Under the pieces are notes generated by a model. The model saw only the letters and a program-made list of their open reading frames with translations, did not search any database and was not told the origin of the DNA. A stretch of DNA of 64,000 nt. Origin: Salinispira sp. (GTDB lineage: Bacteria > Spirochaetota > Spirochaetia > DSM-27196 > Salinispiraceae). Both the position numbers and the translations under genes were made by a program. Positions within the stretch are counted from its first letter, which is position 1. Each line of letters begins with the position of its first letter. The stretch is from contig CBDDDG010000021.1 of NCBI GenBank assembly GCA_965226555.1, positions 224,001 to 288,000 of the forward strand, read 5' to 3'. This document shows, piece by piece, positions 52,527 to 62,216 of the stretch.

Positions 52527-53899
52527 TGCTCATCTCCCGCGGGCGGAGCGGCTGGGGCGACGGAGGCAGCGGCTGGGGTGTCCGCGCCGGCATGGGCGGC
52601 GGAGACCTTGGGGGTGTCCGCGCCGGCATGGGCGGCGGAGACCTTGGGGGTGTCCGCACCGGCATCAATGTACACCCGCTCAACCCTGCTGCTGATTCCA
52701 CAGGTAATTTCATACGAAATGGTACCGCTTATCCGCGCCAGACTGGCGGCGCTTTCGCTTCGGGGATCAGGCCCGAAGAGAATGGCCTCACTTCCCAGCG
52801 CCCTGCCGGGTGAGGAGCCGAGGTTTACCATGCATTGATCCATGCAGATTGCTCCGACCTGCGGACATACCCTGCCGTCTATCAATACGGAGACCGTGTT
52901 TGATAATCTTCGTGAATAACCGTCTGCGTAGCCGACGTTAATTGTTGCAATCCAACATTCCCGTTCGCTTGTCCAAGTATGACCGTAAGAAATTGGGGTT
53001 CCGGCTGCCACCTTTTTTACGAAGCTCACATCTGCCCGCAGTTCCATAACCGGCTTGAATCCTTCGCCGAGCTGGGAGGCGGGAGGGGCTGGGGCGGCAG
53101 CCAGCCCGGCAGCCGAGACGGGGGCAGACGGCAACGCGGCAAGTCCACTCGGCGGATAGCCGTAGGCCGCTATTCCCGGTCTTATGAGGTCAAGATCATC
53201 GGCATGGTAGAGAATGCCGCCCGAGTTTGCGGCATGGATTGCGGTGTTTATTCCCGCTGCTTTCAGTTCTTTGCGCAGCTTTTTGAGTATTGCTGTTTGC
53301 TCTCCGCAGAGGGTGTCGGAGGCATTGTCGGCAAGGGGGTAGTGCGTGGCAATGCCCGCGAGGATAAAGGCCGGGTGCGCGTGTATTGCTTCGGCGAGTT
53401 CCCGAACCTCGGAAGGCGGGCAGCCGATGCGCCCCATACCGGTGTCGGTTTTTATGTGTACACGGAGGGCTTCCTCGGCGTTGGGGGGCGCGTGGGGGGG
53501 GTTGGCGGCGTTGGGGGGCGCGGTGCGGGGGTCATCAGTGCTGGCGCGGGGCGCGGTGAAGGTTTTGAGGGTTTCAGCAAGGCGGCGGAAGTGGGCGAGG
53601 TCGACAACAAAGGGTTCAATGCGGTAATGCCAGAGTTCGCGGAATTCTTCGGGCGATGAGATGGTGAACAAAAGTATGCGTGAGCTAATGCCCGCATTGC
53701 GCAATTCAGCGGCTTCGGAAATTCGTGAAACACCGAAGCAGCCCACCCCCATTTTCTCTGCTTCGCGGACGATGCGGACAGCGCCATGACCGTACGCGTT
53801 GGCTTTTACTGCAAGACAGAGAGGTTTCCCGCCGCTGCGCTTTTGGAGCAGGGCAATGTTGCTGCGGAAATTATTGAGGTGAATATATGCCCGTGTCAA
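52523..53899 (-). CDS. alr: alanine racemase
   Basis: AVKANAYGHG, DTGMGRIG, ANSG, GYADG, CMDQ. Confidence 0.95.
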   Translation of the reverse strand: MTRAYIHLNNFRSNIALLQKRSGGKPLCLAVKANAYGHGAVRIVREAEKMGVGCFGVSRISEAAELRNAGISSRILLFTISSPEEFRELWHYRIEPFVVDLAHFRRLAETLKTFTAPRASTDDPRTAPPNAANPPHAPPNAEEALRVHIKTDTGMGRIGCPPSEVRELAEAIHAHPAFILAGIATHYPLADNASDTLCGEQTAILKKLRKELKAAGINTAIHAANSGGILYHADDLDLIRPGIAAYGYPPSGLAALPSAPVSAAGLAAAPAPPASQLGEGFKPVMELRADVSFVKKVAAGTPISYGHTWTSERECWIATINVGYADGYSRRLSNTVSVLIDGRVCPQVGAICMDQCMVNLGSSPGRALGSEAILFGPDPRSESAASLARISGTISYEITCGISSRVERVYIDAGADTPKVSAAHAGADTPKVSAAHAGADTPAAASVAPAAPPAGDEQ

Positions 53900-53903
53900 C
53901 TAT

Positions 53904-55670
53904 TCACCTCGCCTCCGCCCGCCTGTGCGTCCCCGCCCGACCCCGCATCCGCCTGATAAGCAGAACCAGAGCGGCAACAATAAGAAGCAGCACTGCGAAT
54001 GCGGCGATAATTCTCGCAGGACCAATAATCGTAAGAATTATCAGCAGGCCAATTTTCGTTCCTTCAAACCATATGGGGCTCCAATCGCCATAAGACGGTG
54101 AAGCGCCATCGAAGGGCAGCGCCGCCCATGCCTCTCGTATAGGTGTAACAGGATCATCTTCCACCCTGCTGTCAAAATTGAAAACCATTGTGCTCCGCCT
54201 GTCCGTATCGTATACCGGCCACTCGCCAAGCCGCGGGGAGCTGGGGTCGCCCTGCCGGGCAAAATGTATCCAGGCGCTCTGCATATCAGCTGAAAAATCG
54301 ACATACCCTTCGGAATCCTTACCCATGTCCAGCAAAAGACGGGAAAGTCGGGTATCGAAATTTCCAAACATGAAGGGCAGATCCATGGTATGAGGACTGC
54401 CGAAACGGCCATTTTCGATATTCGATTCCGTTCGTAAGAGATAGAGCCAGATATCGTTCTTTTTTTCTGAAGCGCTCTCTGCGAAACGTATGGCGGGCAT
54501 GAGAAAGGATGTGTCCGAGTCAAGGGCAATTCCGATCTGGCTGTTTGTGTACCCTTCATAGAATGATCGGTAGGTATTGAGCATTTCTTCCGCCCCTCCC
54601 GCCGTCAGATGATTGAGCCAGTGCCTCCAGTAATTCAGAGGCAGCCTATCGAGAAAATCGCTTCGTGAAATCCAATATCTGACCTCATCCCGAGTTGAGC
54701 CGAGCATGACGGGTACCGGCGTATCCCCGTCAACAACAGCATCATGTTCCTTTTCAGTGAGGACGCTTCCATCTATTGTTGGCCCGAAGGCAATGAGCCC
54801 AAAGCGTATTTCCGACATCAGCTCCCGCTGAGCCTCAAGAAGTTCCGTCATTGACAATGCGCGCAGATCATTGAGCGATTCCGCCCCGGCAATGTCCATG
54901 TACTGAGCCGTAAGTTTCGCAGCATCCTCCGCCGGACGGAAAACATTCGGATGCCCACTCTGCATAATAACCCGATGAAAGAGACCCTGCGCTTCGTTGA
55001 GCTTCAGCAGGGCGCCGATGTTCGCAGCTCCCGCCGATTCTCCGGCAATGGTAATGTTGTCGGGATCACCGCCGAAATGCTCAATGTTTTCCCTGATCCA
55101 GCGCAGCGCAAGAATGATATCACGGAGTCCGTTGTTTCCGCTTCCGGTCTCTCCGCCAAACTGTGAGAGGTCGAGCCATCCGAAGATGCCGAGGCGGTAC
55201 TGAACATGCACCACAATAAGGTCCCCGTTCAGTGCGAGCGCATTCCCGTTATACACATCATCGCTGGCAGAACCGGAAGTGTTGGCGCCTCCATGTATCC
55301 AGACAAAAACAGGACGCGCAGCATCGCCATTCGAAGAACGCACAGCATCCGATTCAGGTCGGGTAATGCTCAGGGTGAGGCTGTCCTCACTCACAATATC
55401 GGGATAGACCATACCGGAAATTGTCTGGGCGCTTTTGAAGGAATGATTTTTCGCATCGAGAATGCCTTCCCATGCTCTTACCGGAATGGGAGCCGTGAAC
55501 CGCAGGTTGCCGACAGGCGGTTCAGCATAGGGAATACCCTGATATACCTCCAATCCGTTTTCACTGCGTCCGGCAATTCTACCGGAACCAGTTGTAACTT
55601 CAATTTCCTGCGTGTAGGCAGGCAGCAGTATCGCCATGAGCATAATACTATGGGCTATGAGCCGTTTCAT
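53904..55670 (-). CDS. type B carboxylesterase, exported with C-terminal anchor
   Basis: GIPYAEPP, SEDSL, WIHGG, GESAG. Confidence 0.92.
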   Translation of the reverse strand: MKRLIAHSIMLMAILLPAYTQEIEVTTGSGRIAGRSENGLEVYQGIPYAEPPVGNLRFTAPIPVRAWEGILDAKNHSFKSAQTISGMVYPDIVSEDSLTLSITRPESDAVRSSNGDAARPVFVWIHGGANTSGSASDDVYNGNALALNGDLIVVHVQYRLGIFGWLDLSQFGGETGSGNNGLRDIILALRWIRENIEHFGGDPDNITIAGESAGAANIGALLKLNEAQGLFHRVIMQSGHPNVFRPAEDAAKLTAQYMDIAGAESLNDLRALSMTELLEAQRELMSEIRFGLIAFGPTIDGSVLTEKEHDAVVDGDTPVPVMLGSTRDEVRYWISRSDFLDRLPLNYWRHWLNHLTAGGAEEMLNTYRSFYEGYTNSQIGIALDSDTSFLMPAIRFAESASEKKNDIWLYLLRTESNIENGRFGSPHTMDLPFMFGNFDTRLSRLLLDMGKDSEGYVDFSADMQSAWIHFARQGDPSSPRLGEWPVYDTDRRSTMVFNFDSRVEDDPVTPIREAWAALPFDGASPSYGDWSPIWFEGTKIGLLIILTIIGPARIIAAFAVLLLIVAALVLLIRRMRGRAGTHRRAEAR

Positions 55671-55733
55671 TTTTCCTCCTAATTATCACATTGTCGATTT
55701 ATGAGAAATTTTGTTGATAATTACAACTTTTGC

Positions 55734-55762
55734 TTGACGCAAAGTTTCTCAACTGTTACTAT
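55734..55762 (+). promoter_or_regulatory. sigma70 promoter with extended -10
   Basis: TTGACG-N17-TACTAT preceded by TGn. Confidence 0.65.
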
Positions 55763-55764
55763 AC

Positions 55765-55791
55765 CAAAGTTTTGCAAAATGCAAAAGTTTC
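55765..55791 (+). mobile_element. 27-bp minimal element with perfect 5-bp TSD
   Basis: TATAC-CAAAGTTTTGC-AAAAT-GCAAAAGTTTC-TATAC. Confidence 0.8.
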
Positions 55792-55890
55792 TATACAACA
55801 ATCTCGGCAATAATGGTGAAAGCCGTCAGAATTTTTTCTGAGGCAAAACAATTATTAGCCACAGCAATTATTAGCCAAGGAGGCAAAATA

Positions 55891-57473
55891 ATGAAAATTA
55901 CATCATACAGTTGGGGGGGGTAACCCTTTTTATTCTCTGCTCAATATTTATTGTACTGATGGCGGGATGTCCGATGCCGGATGCGCCGCCTACAATGTCT
56001 GCGCCAGCCCTTGCTGCGGGAGACAGACAGCTCACTGCATCGTGGGCTGAGCTCGCCGCTATATGGAATGAGGTAAACAAAAAGGATGGCAAAAACACCA
56101 TTACCTCGTACAAATTACGCTATGGTGAATTTGGCAGTGGAATCTGGACGGAGATTAACACCGGTATTACCACAAGCCATACCATTACCGGGCTGACAAA
56201 CGGCGTCAATTATGCCGTTCAGGTACGTGCCGTCAACGCGGGGGGTGGGGGTGCGTGGTCAGCATCATCCACGGCAACACCTATTGCGCCGCCAACTGCG
56301 CCCCCTACCCCGCCGGGTACAATGGCTGCTCCAACCTTTGAAGTGGGGAATGGGTTGCTCATTGCCACATGGACTGCGCCAACCGATAACGGCGGCAGCC
56401 CCATTACCGGGTATGAGCTGCAATATCGCGCAGATGACATGGAGCCATGGATGTTCACGAGCTCCGGCATTACCTGCGCACGTAGCGAGGGGCAGGCAGA
56501 AGTCTGTCAATTTTCCTTCTCATTTTACCCTCCGTATATAGGCCACACCATTACGACAGACGGCGCCAGCTACCAACTGCGGGTACGCGCCGTCAACGCG
56601 CAGGGCAATGGCGAATGGTCTGCAACAGCAACAACAACGCTCCCTATTGTTACGGCAAAGCTTCCCGAGGGGATGGCAGCGGTCGCAATTCTTTCGGCTG
56701 AGGTTAGTACCATTATTGCCACCAATGATCTCAGCGTTTCTTTGACCACGGTAGAGTCTGGCACGTACGCGGTCGATGAATCGGGAGACATTACGATAAC
56801 CCCCGCAACTGCGCCCAATGGGGTCAACCCGCCGATTGTCGATTCGAGTACCGGACTTATTACGGTTGCCGCAGATACAACAGCAGGAACATATCTGGTA
56901 TACGGCAGTGACACCGGAAGCACAGACATATTGTTTGCTGAGTATTTTTACGTTACCGTGAGTCCTCAAGATAGTGATGCTAATAATGATGGCGGTAATG
57001 GTGAACTGAAAATGGCGGTAACTGAGGGAATATCAACCTATGGCAATACTGGCAATTTCAACTACATTATTACCACCGCAGTAAGGGATATGTCCTCTGT
57101 CTTCGCTAACAACACCGCATTCAATGGCGATGTCTCCGGCTGGGATGTCAGCACGGTAACGACTATGTACAAAATGTTCGAGGGAGCAAGCGTATTCAAT
57201 GGCGATGTCTCCGGCTGGGATGTCAGCTCGGTAACGACTATGTACAAAATGTTCCATAGCGCGGTAGTATTCAATCGCGATATTTCCGGCTGGGATGTCA
57301 GCACGGTAATGAATACAGTCATTATGTTTGGTAATGCAACCGCATTCGTTCAAGATCTTGAGGAGTGGGGGGAGCATCTTACGCTTGATGGCAGTGGCAA
57401 ATATACCGGAGCTAAAAGCACTATGTTTGGTAATTCCGGCGTAACAGGTAGTCTGGTGCCGTCATGGTTTTAG
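55891..57473 (+). pseudogene. 2xFN3 + BspA lipoprotein, out of frame at a G8 tract (55913-55920)
   Basis: AAGGAGG-N7-ATG reads MKITSYSWGG-stop; G9 restores the MAGC lipobox frame. Confidence 0.75.
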
Positions 57474-57545
57474 TTTCATAGCCCATAACCCGCAGCGGTT
57501 AATGAAATGTTGCAATTCAACTCAGGCAGACGCGGGGCTGGTCGC

Positions 57546-57605
57546 GCCTGCTCGTCCAAGCGCATCCGGCTTGCATGCGTCCGGGATGTGGTGCACTTAT
57601 GGTTG
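57546..57605 (+). repeat. ~60-bp direct repeat (second copy 59233-59293)
   Basis: gcctgctcg.ccaagcgcatccggcttgc...ggtgcacttatggttg. Confidence 0.85.
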
Positions 57606-58282
57606 CACGGTTGCACGGTTGCTCGCTCTTGCCCGTCCGGCGCCGGTCGCATAGTAAAATCCCATCCGAAAAAATCGAAAATTCTGCAAAATTTTCTTAT
57701 TACATCATCCACTATGCCCGCATATCCCGTCTATATGGTATGAGCGAAAAATATATCGGAATGGTACCACTCTGACCCACGAGCGCTCAATTTTCGGGCT
57801 ATCTTATGAAGTCAGTCGGATATCGCCATAGACGCGCTATCCCGCGCTCCCTGAGCGCGCCCGCCGCCGGAAACTGCTGCTCCTGCCTTAATGCCCGAAA
57901 CACCGAATACTCTCTTACCGGGCAATTCATATCAATCCACCTTTGAAAAACACAACATTCTTTCAAATTCTCTCAAAAAACACAGTCAAAAATGACATTT
58001 TACCCGTTATAGATGTAAGAGGAATATTTATGAAAAAATCATCCCACAGCACAGGACACATCCACGACATAGCCTTCAAGATCGCCTACTACAGAACCCC
58101 CCGTATGATTCCCGACCTGCTGCGGCTGTTCTGTGAGGATACAACGCTTGCCAAGCTGGACATGGACAAAATCCGCATTGAAAACCCCAGTTACATTGCA
58201 GGAAAAAAGAACCTTCACTGCGATCTCGTTGTCAGCGCCCCCTTCCTGTCAGACCCCGACCGAAAAGCTCTATTCATTACTG

Positions 58283-58406
58283 AAAATTTTGCTCCGCAAA
58301 ATTTTCAAATGAGGATTCTCTCATCTATACTCTTGATTCTCTCACGGTATAGAAAGTTTTGCCTTGGAAAATTGTGCAAGCACAATTTCCAGTAGCAAAA
58401 CTTTTG
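58283..58406. mobile_element. 124-bp variant MITE-like element
   Basis: Splits F-I-I-E-H-K-S; flanks TACTG/TATTG. Confidence 0.75.
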
Positions 58407-58908
58407 TATTGAGCATAAAAGCTACCAGCATAAACATGCTCTCACACAGATTGATGACTATCAATATGCCCTCAGAAACAGCAATGTGTACAATGAAAAT
58501 GATGCTATCTATATACTTCTGTTCTACCATGGAAAAAAGGAATGGAACCTCCCACTCACATTTTACAGTTCACATGGAAATGCTGCTTCCGAATCCATGA
58601 CTGAAGGCACAGTGGATGTCAGGGTGAAAGTGTCGTACATTGTGCGCGATCTGAGGAGAATGACAAAGAAGCAGTTGGCATTGCGCTCCGATGAAAAACG
58701 ATATACATCGACTGCATTGTGGTATATAATGCGAGACAATGAGATGGACGCTGAGGGGCTGAAAGAAATTGCGCAGCTCCTGAACGGTCTGTCATCACAA
58801 GACTTTGCTGATCTGGCAGAGAGTGTGCTAGGCTATCTGAAAGATTTGGGACTGTATGAGCAGTTTGAGAAAATTGACAGGAAACTATATCCTGAAGGAG
58901 AAAACAGT

Positions 58909-59220
58909 ATGCGGACATATAACATAACCAACGCCTTCGTCAGAGAAGGCATTGCGAAGGGCCGGATTGAGGGTCTTGAGCAGGGAATGGAGAGAGGTAT
59001 TCTGAAAGGCCGGGTTGAGGGTCTTGAGCAGGGAATCACAAAGGGCAGGGCTGAGGGCATGGAGAAAGGCCTGCAAACAGGCCGCGCGGAGGGGCATATT
59101 GAGGAGCGGAGAAAAAACGCTCGCAGTATGTTTTCCAAAGGATTTTCAGCCCATGACATTCAGGATGTTACCGGGCTGAGCGATGAGGAAATGCGCACAG
59201 TGCGGAACGGATCGCATTAA
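58909..59220 (+). CDS. intragenic small Rpn protein, 103 aa
   Basis: AAGGAG-N8-ATG in frame. Confidence 0.65.
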   Translation: MRTYNITNAFVREGIAKGRIEGLEQGMERGILKGRVEGLEQGITKGRAEGMEKGLQTGRAEGHIEERRKNARSMFSKGFSAHDIQDVTGLSDEEMRTVRNGSH

Positions 59221-59441
59221 TTGGCGTTGCAGGCCTGCTCGCCCAAGCGCATCCGGCTTGCCATGTGTCCGGGAGGTGGTGCACTTATGGTTGAATTCAC
59301 CAAGATTGAAATTTTTGATTGACATAAGGCTTTTTATTAGGTAAAATACTCAGGAATTCTGTGATGTGTTGATGATTGCGGATCATGAATGTGTATGAGA
59401 GTTCCTGCAATGGTCTGAAAAAATTTGTTGGGGAAGTTCTG

Positions 59442-60134
59442 ATGAAAAGTATAAAATACAAAGTTAGTAACGTTTTCAGAGAGCTTAAAGAACTCGGGAA
59501 TGAGAAAATGCGCGCGCTGGCTTCCCGGCGGGGCGCAGAGGAACAGTTTGGGGCCAATCTTGGCGACATCCGAAAAATTGCGAAAAAAATAAGAATCGAT
59601 CATGATCTGGCTCTGGAGCTTTGGGCGAGTAAAAATCTCGATGCCCGACTTCTTGCAATTCTCATTATGAAGATACAGAATCTCTCTCCCGCAGAGTTGG
59701 AAAAGATGATTGCTTCGCTCAGCTGTGTTCAGGAGGCCGATTGGTTTAATGCCTACATTGTCAGAAAATATCCTGAAAACGGACAATTCCGTGAGGACTG
59801 GCTGAACGCAGATAATCCCATGATCGCCCGTTCCGGTTGGGATCTCACTGCTGAGGGTATTCAAAAACACCCCGATGACTTTGATCCCTGCGGTCTTCTG
59901 GACCGCATTGAAGCGGAGATCTTATCGGCTCCCCCTGAAGCCCAATGGACTATGAACAATACTCTGGTTGCAATCGGTGTTAATGTGCCTAAATACCGGG
60001 AGCGGGCACTGGAAATTGGTGAACGAATGGGCCTTTACAGCGATTATCCGGTTTCACGGGGCTGTACATCTCCCTTCGCGCCTATCTGGATTGCCGAGAT
60101 GGTAAAGCGCCAGGAAAAAGACCGGAAAAAATAA
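59442..60134 (+). CDS. DNA alkylation repair (AlkD-like) protein
   Basis: LGDIRKIAKKI..DHDLALELW..DARLLA; GCTSPFAP.WI. Confidence 0.85.
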   Translation: MKSIKYKVSNVFRELKELGNEKMRALASRRGAEEQFGANLGDIRKIAKKIRIDHDLALELWASKNLDARLLAILIMKIQNLSPAELEKMIASLSCVQEADWFNAYIVRKYPENGQFREDWLNADNPMIARSGWDLTAEGIQKHPDDFDPCGLLDRIEAEILSAPPEAQWTMNNTLVAIGVNVPKYRERALEIGERMGLYSDYPVSRGCTSPFAPIWIAEMVKRQEKDRKK

Positions 60135-60194
60135 CCGGAAAACTTTTGACCGGAAAAGTTTTGAATAGAGCGGGCGCCATTCTCCCGCAGCAAT

Positions 60195-60557
60195 TTACCG
60201 CAGGGCTGTGCGGACAATGTCTGCTATTTTTTTCTCCGTGGGATCATCCAGCCCAGTGAGAAACCATGCGCTGGGAATGAGCTGATGCTCCTGATCCTTT
60301 GCTTTCTCCAAATGCGCCTTTTCCGTGATGCCGAAGGTGATGTAAGCATCACATCTGAAGAAACATATAACCGGACGCGATTTTTCCTTCGCGAAGCCGG
60401 GCATGCCGTACCATAATCGAGGCTTCAGCTCCGGGCAGGTTTCCATTATAATCTCGTACAAACGATTACAGTGCTGCCTGAAACGCTCGGGCATCCGGGA
60501 AATATTCTCATGTACTGCTGCCAAGTCATCAGATTTTTCTTCTTTTTTGTCGGACAA
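60195..60557 (-). CDS. DUF1801 (YdhG-like) protein
   Basis: PELKPRLWYGMPGFA..VICFFR..Y.TFG; AGGAG before TTG. Confidence 0.8.
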   Translation of the reverse strand: MSDKKEEKSDDLAAVHENISRMPERFRQHCNRLYEIIMETCPELKPRLWYGMPGFAKEKSRPVICFFRCDAYITFGITEKAHLEKAKDQEHQLIPSAWFLTGLDDPTEKKIADIVRTALR

Positions 60558-60602
60558 TGTTATTCTCCTACTATATGATATAATCCATATCGGTATGAAA
60601 CT

Positions 60603-62147
60603 ATGAATCAATTATCACTTCCAATTTCAATACATGAACTTATTCAGGGAACTATCGTGGAATGGGAGCGTATTGAATTTAAGGAAGGCTGGAATCCGGA
60701 GAATATTCTCCATAGCATCTGCGCTTTTGCCAATGATTTTCATAATCTTGGCGGCGGCTATATCATTGTTGGTATTGCGGAGAATAATGGAATACCGGTT
60801 TTACCGCCAAAGGGTTTAAACCAGAATCAGATGAATAAAATTCAGAAAGAATTACTGAACCTTGGCCATTCAGGAATTCGGCCAATGTATCATCCAATTT
60901 CTGTTCCTTATGTTATTAGCCAGCGACATATTCTTGTTATATGGGTTCCCGGCGGTGAAACAAGACCTTATCAATGCAAAGTCTCGCTTGCAAAGAACAA
61001 GAATCAATGGGAATACTATATCCGCATCCAATCAAGTACTATACCTGCAGTCAAACAGGACAAACACGAGTTACTTGGACTTGCCGCAACAGTTCCTTTT
61101 GATGATCGCTATTGCCAGACTGAGACTCTTGATGCTATTTCCAGCTCATTGATTGCCGATTTTCTTCATGAAGTAAAGAGTGATCTGGAAGTGGATGTGG
61201 ATTCTACTGATATTTCTGATGTGGCCGTGCAAATGAATATTGCGGGCGGTCCGGCAGAAGTCCTCTTCCCAAAGCATGTGGGGTTGATGTTTTTCACCTA
61301 TCACCCTCAAAAATATTTCCCCTGTACCCAGATCGATATTGTCTGGCTGCCGGAGGACGCCGGCGGAGATCGCATTGAAGAAAAACTATTTACCGGTTCG
61401 TTATCCAGTATGGTACGAGATGCTCTTAATTATATTCAACGGAGCTTTCTCCATGAGATCATACTAAAGCAACCTGGTCAGGCTGAAACAATACGTGTGT
61501 GGAATTATCCATTCTCCGCAATCGAAGAAGCCCTGATAAATGCGGTGTATCATCGAGCCTATGAAATAAGAGAACCCATTGAAGTTCGTATAACACCGGA
61601 AGAGTTAAGCATACTCAGTTATCCAGGCCCGGATCGCTCTATCAAGTTAAGAGATCTGATATCGGGAAAAGCCATTAATAGGCGCTATCGGAATCGTCGA
61701 ATTGGTGAGTTTCTGAAAGAGTTAAATCTCACCGAAGGTCGGGCAACAGGTATTCCCAAGATTCAGCGGGCGCTTAAAAATAATGGTTCCCCTGAAGCTG
61801 TCATTGAGACAGATGAAAACCGCAGCTATTTCCTGATCCGCTTCTCAATTCACCCAAATTCTGACCGCGCTCAGGAGCCTACCCAGCAAGTAACCCAGCA
61901 AGTAACCCATCAAGTAACCCATCAAGTAAAAAGGCTGCTGAAAGCATGCGCCGGTAAGAAAAGTAGAACCGAACTTATGAAACGGGTACGAATCAAAGAT
62001 AGGGTGAGTTTTTCAAAAAATTATCTGGTTCCCGCTATTGAAAATGAATTAATTAAACCGACTCAGCCGAATTCGCCCAAAAGCCCTACGCAGAAATATC
62101 AGCTTACCGATAAGGGTAGGCAAATACTGGAGAATACATCACAATAG
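60603..62147 (+). CDS. AlbA_2 (Schlafen-like) + HATPase_c_4 + C-terminal HTH protein
   Basis: EWERIEFK, ICAFAND..GGYI..G, EALINAVYHR.Y, YRNRRI, EGRATG, PKSPTQKY. Confidence 0.85.
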   Translation: MNQLSLPISIHELIQGTIVEWERIEFKEGWNPENILHSICAFANDFHNLGGGYIIVGIAENNGIPVLPPKGLNQNQMNKIQKELLNLGHSGIRPMYHPISVPYVISQRHILVIWVPGGETRPYQCKVSLAKNKNQWEYYIRIQSSTIPAVKQDKHELLGLAATVPFDDRYCQTETLDAISSSLIADFLHEVKSDLEVDVDSTDISDVAVQMNIAGGPAEVLFPKHVGLMFFTYHPQKYFPCTQIDIVWLPEDAGGDRIEEKLFTGSLSSMVRDALNYIQRSFLHEIILKQPGQAETIRVWNYPFSAIEEALINAVYHRAYEIREPIEVRITPEELSILSYPGPDRSIKLRDLISGKAINRRYRNRRIGEFLKELNLTEGRATGIPKIQRALKNNGSPEAVIETDENRSYFLIRFSIHPNSDRAQEPTQQVTQQVTHQVTHQVKRLLKACAGKKSRTELMKRVRIKDRVSFSKNYLVPAIENELIKPTQPNSPKSPTQKYQLTDKGRQILENTSQ

Positions 62148-62216
62148 GCAGGCAAAAGATGCTGAACAGGTTCGCGCCCGTGTTGATTCTGGCGCCATGC
62201 CGATTCTGACTGAATT

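Larger units (their letters stand above)
58030..59220 (+). pseudogene. Rpn copy 5 (different N-terminal subfamily), in-frame insertion containing a stop
   Basis: HDIAFK..CDLV..LFI|IEHKS..LFYHG..W. Confidence 0.85.

Noticed and set aside
52570..52660. Common origin of the 33-bp repeats in alr and the FAD subunit
   Set aside because: Share only a GC-rich 14-mer (ccgccgcccatgcc); chance or codon bias is plausible
57471..57605. attC/integron interpretation of the spacers
   Set aside because: No integrase and no convincing RYYYAAC/GTTRRRY pairs
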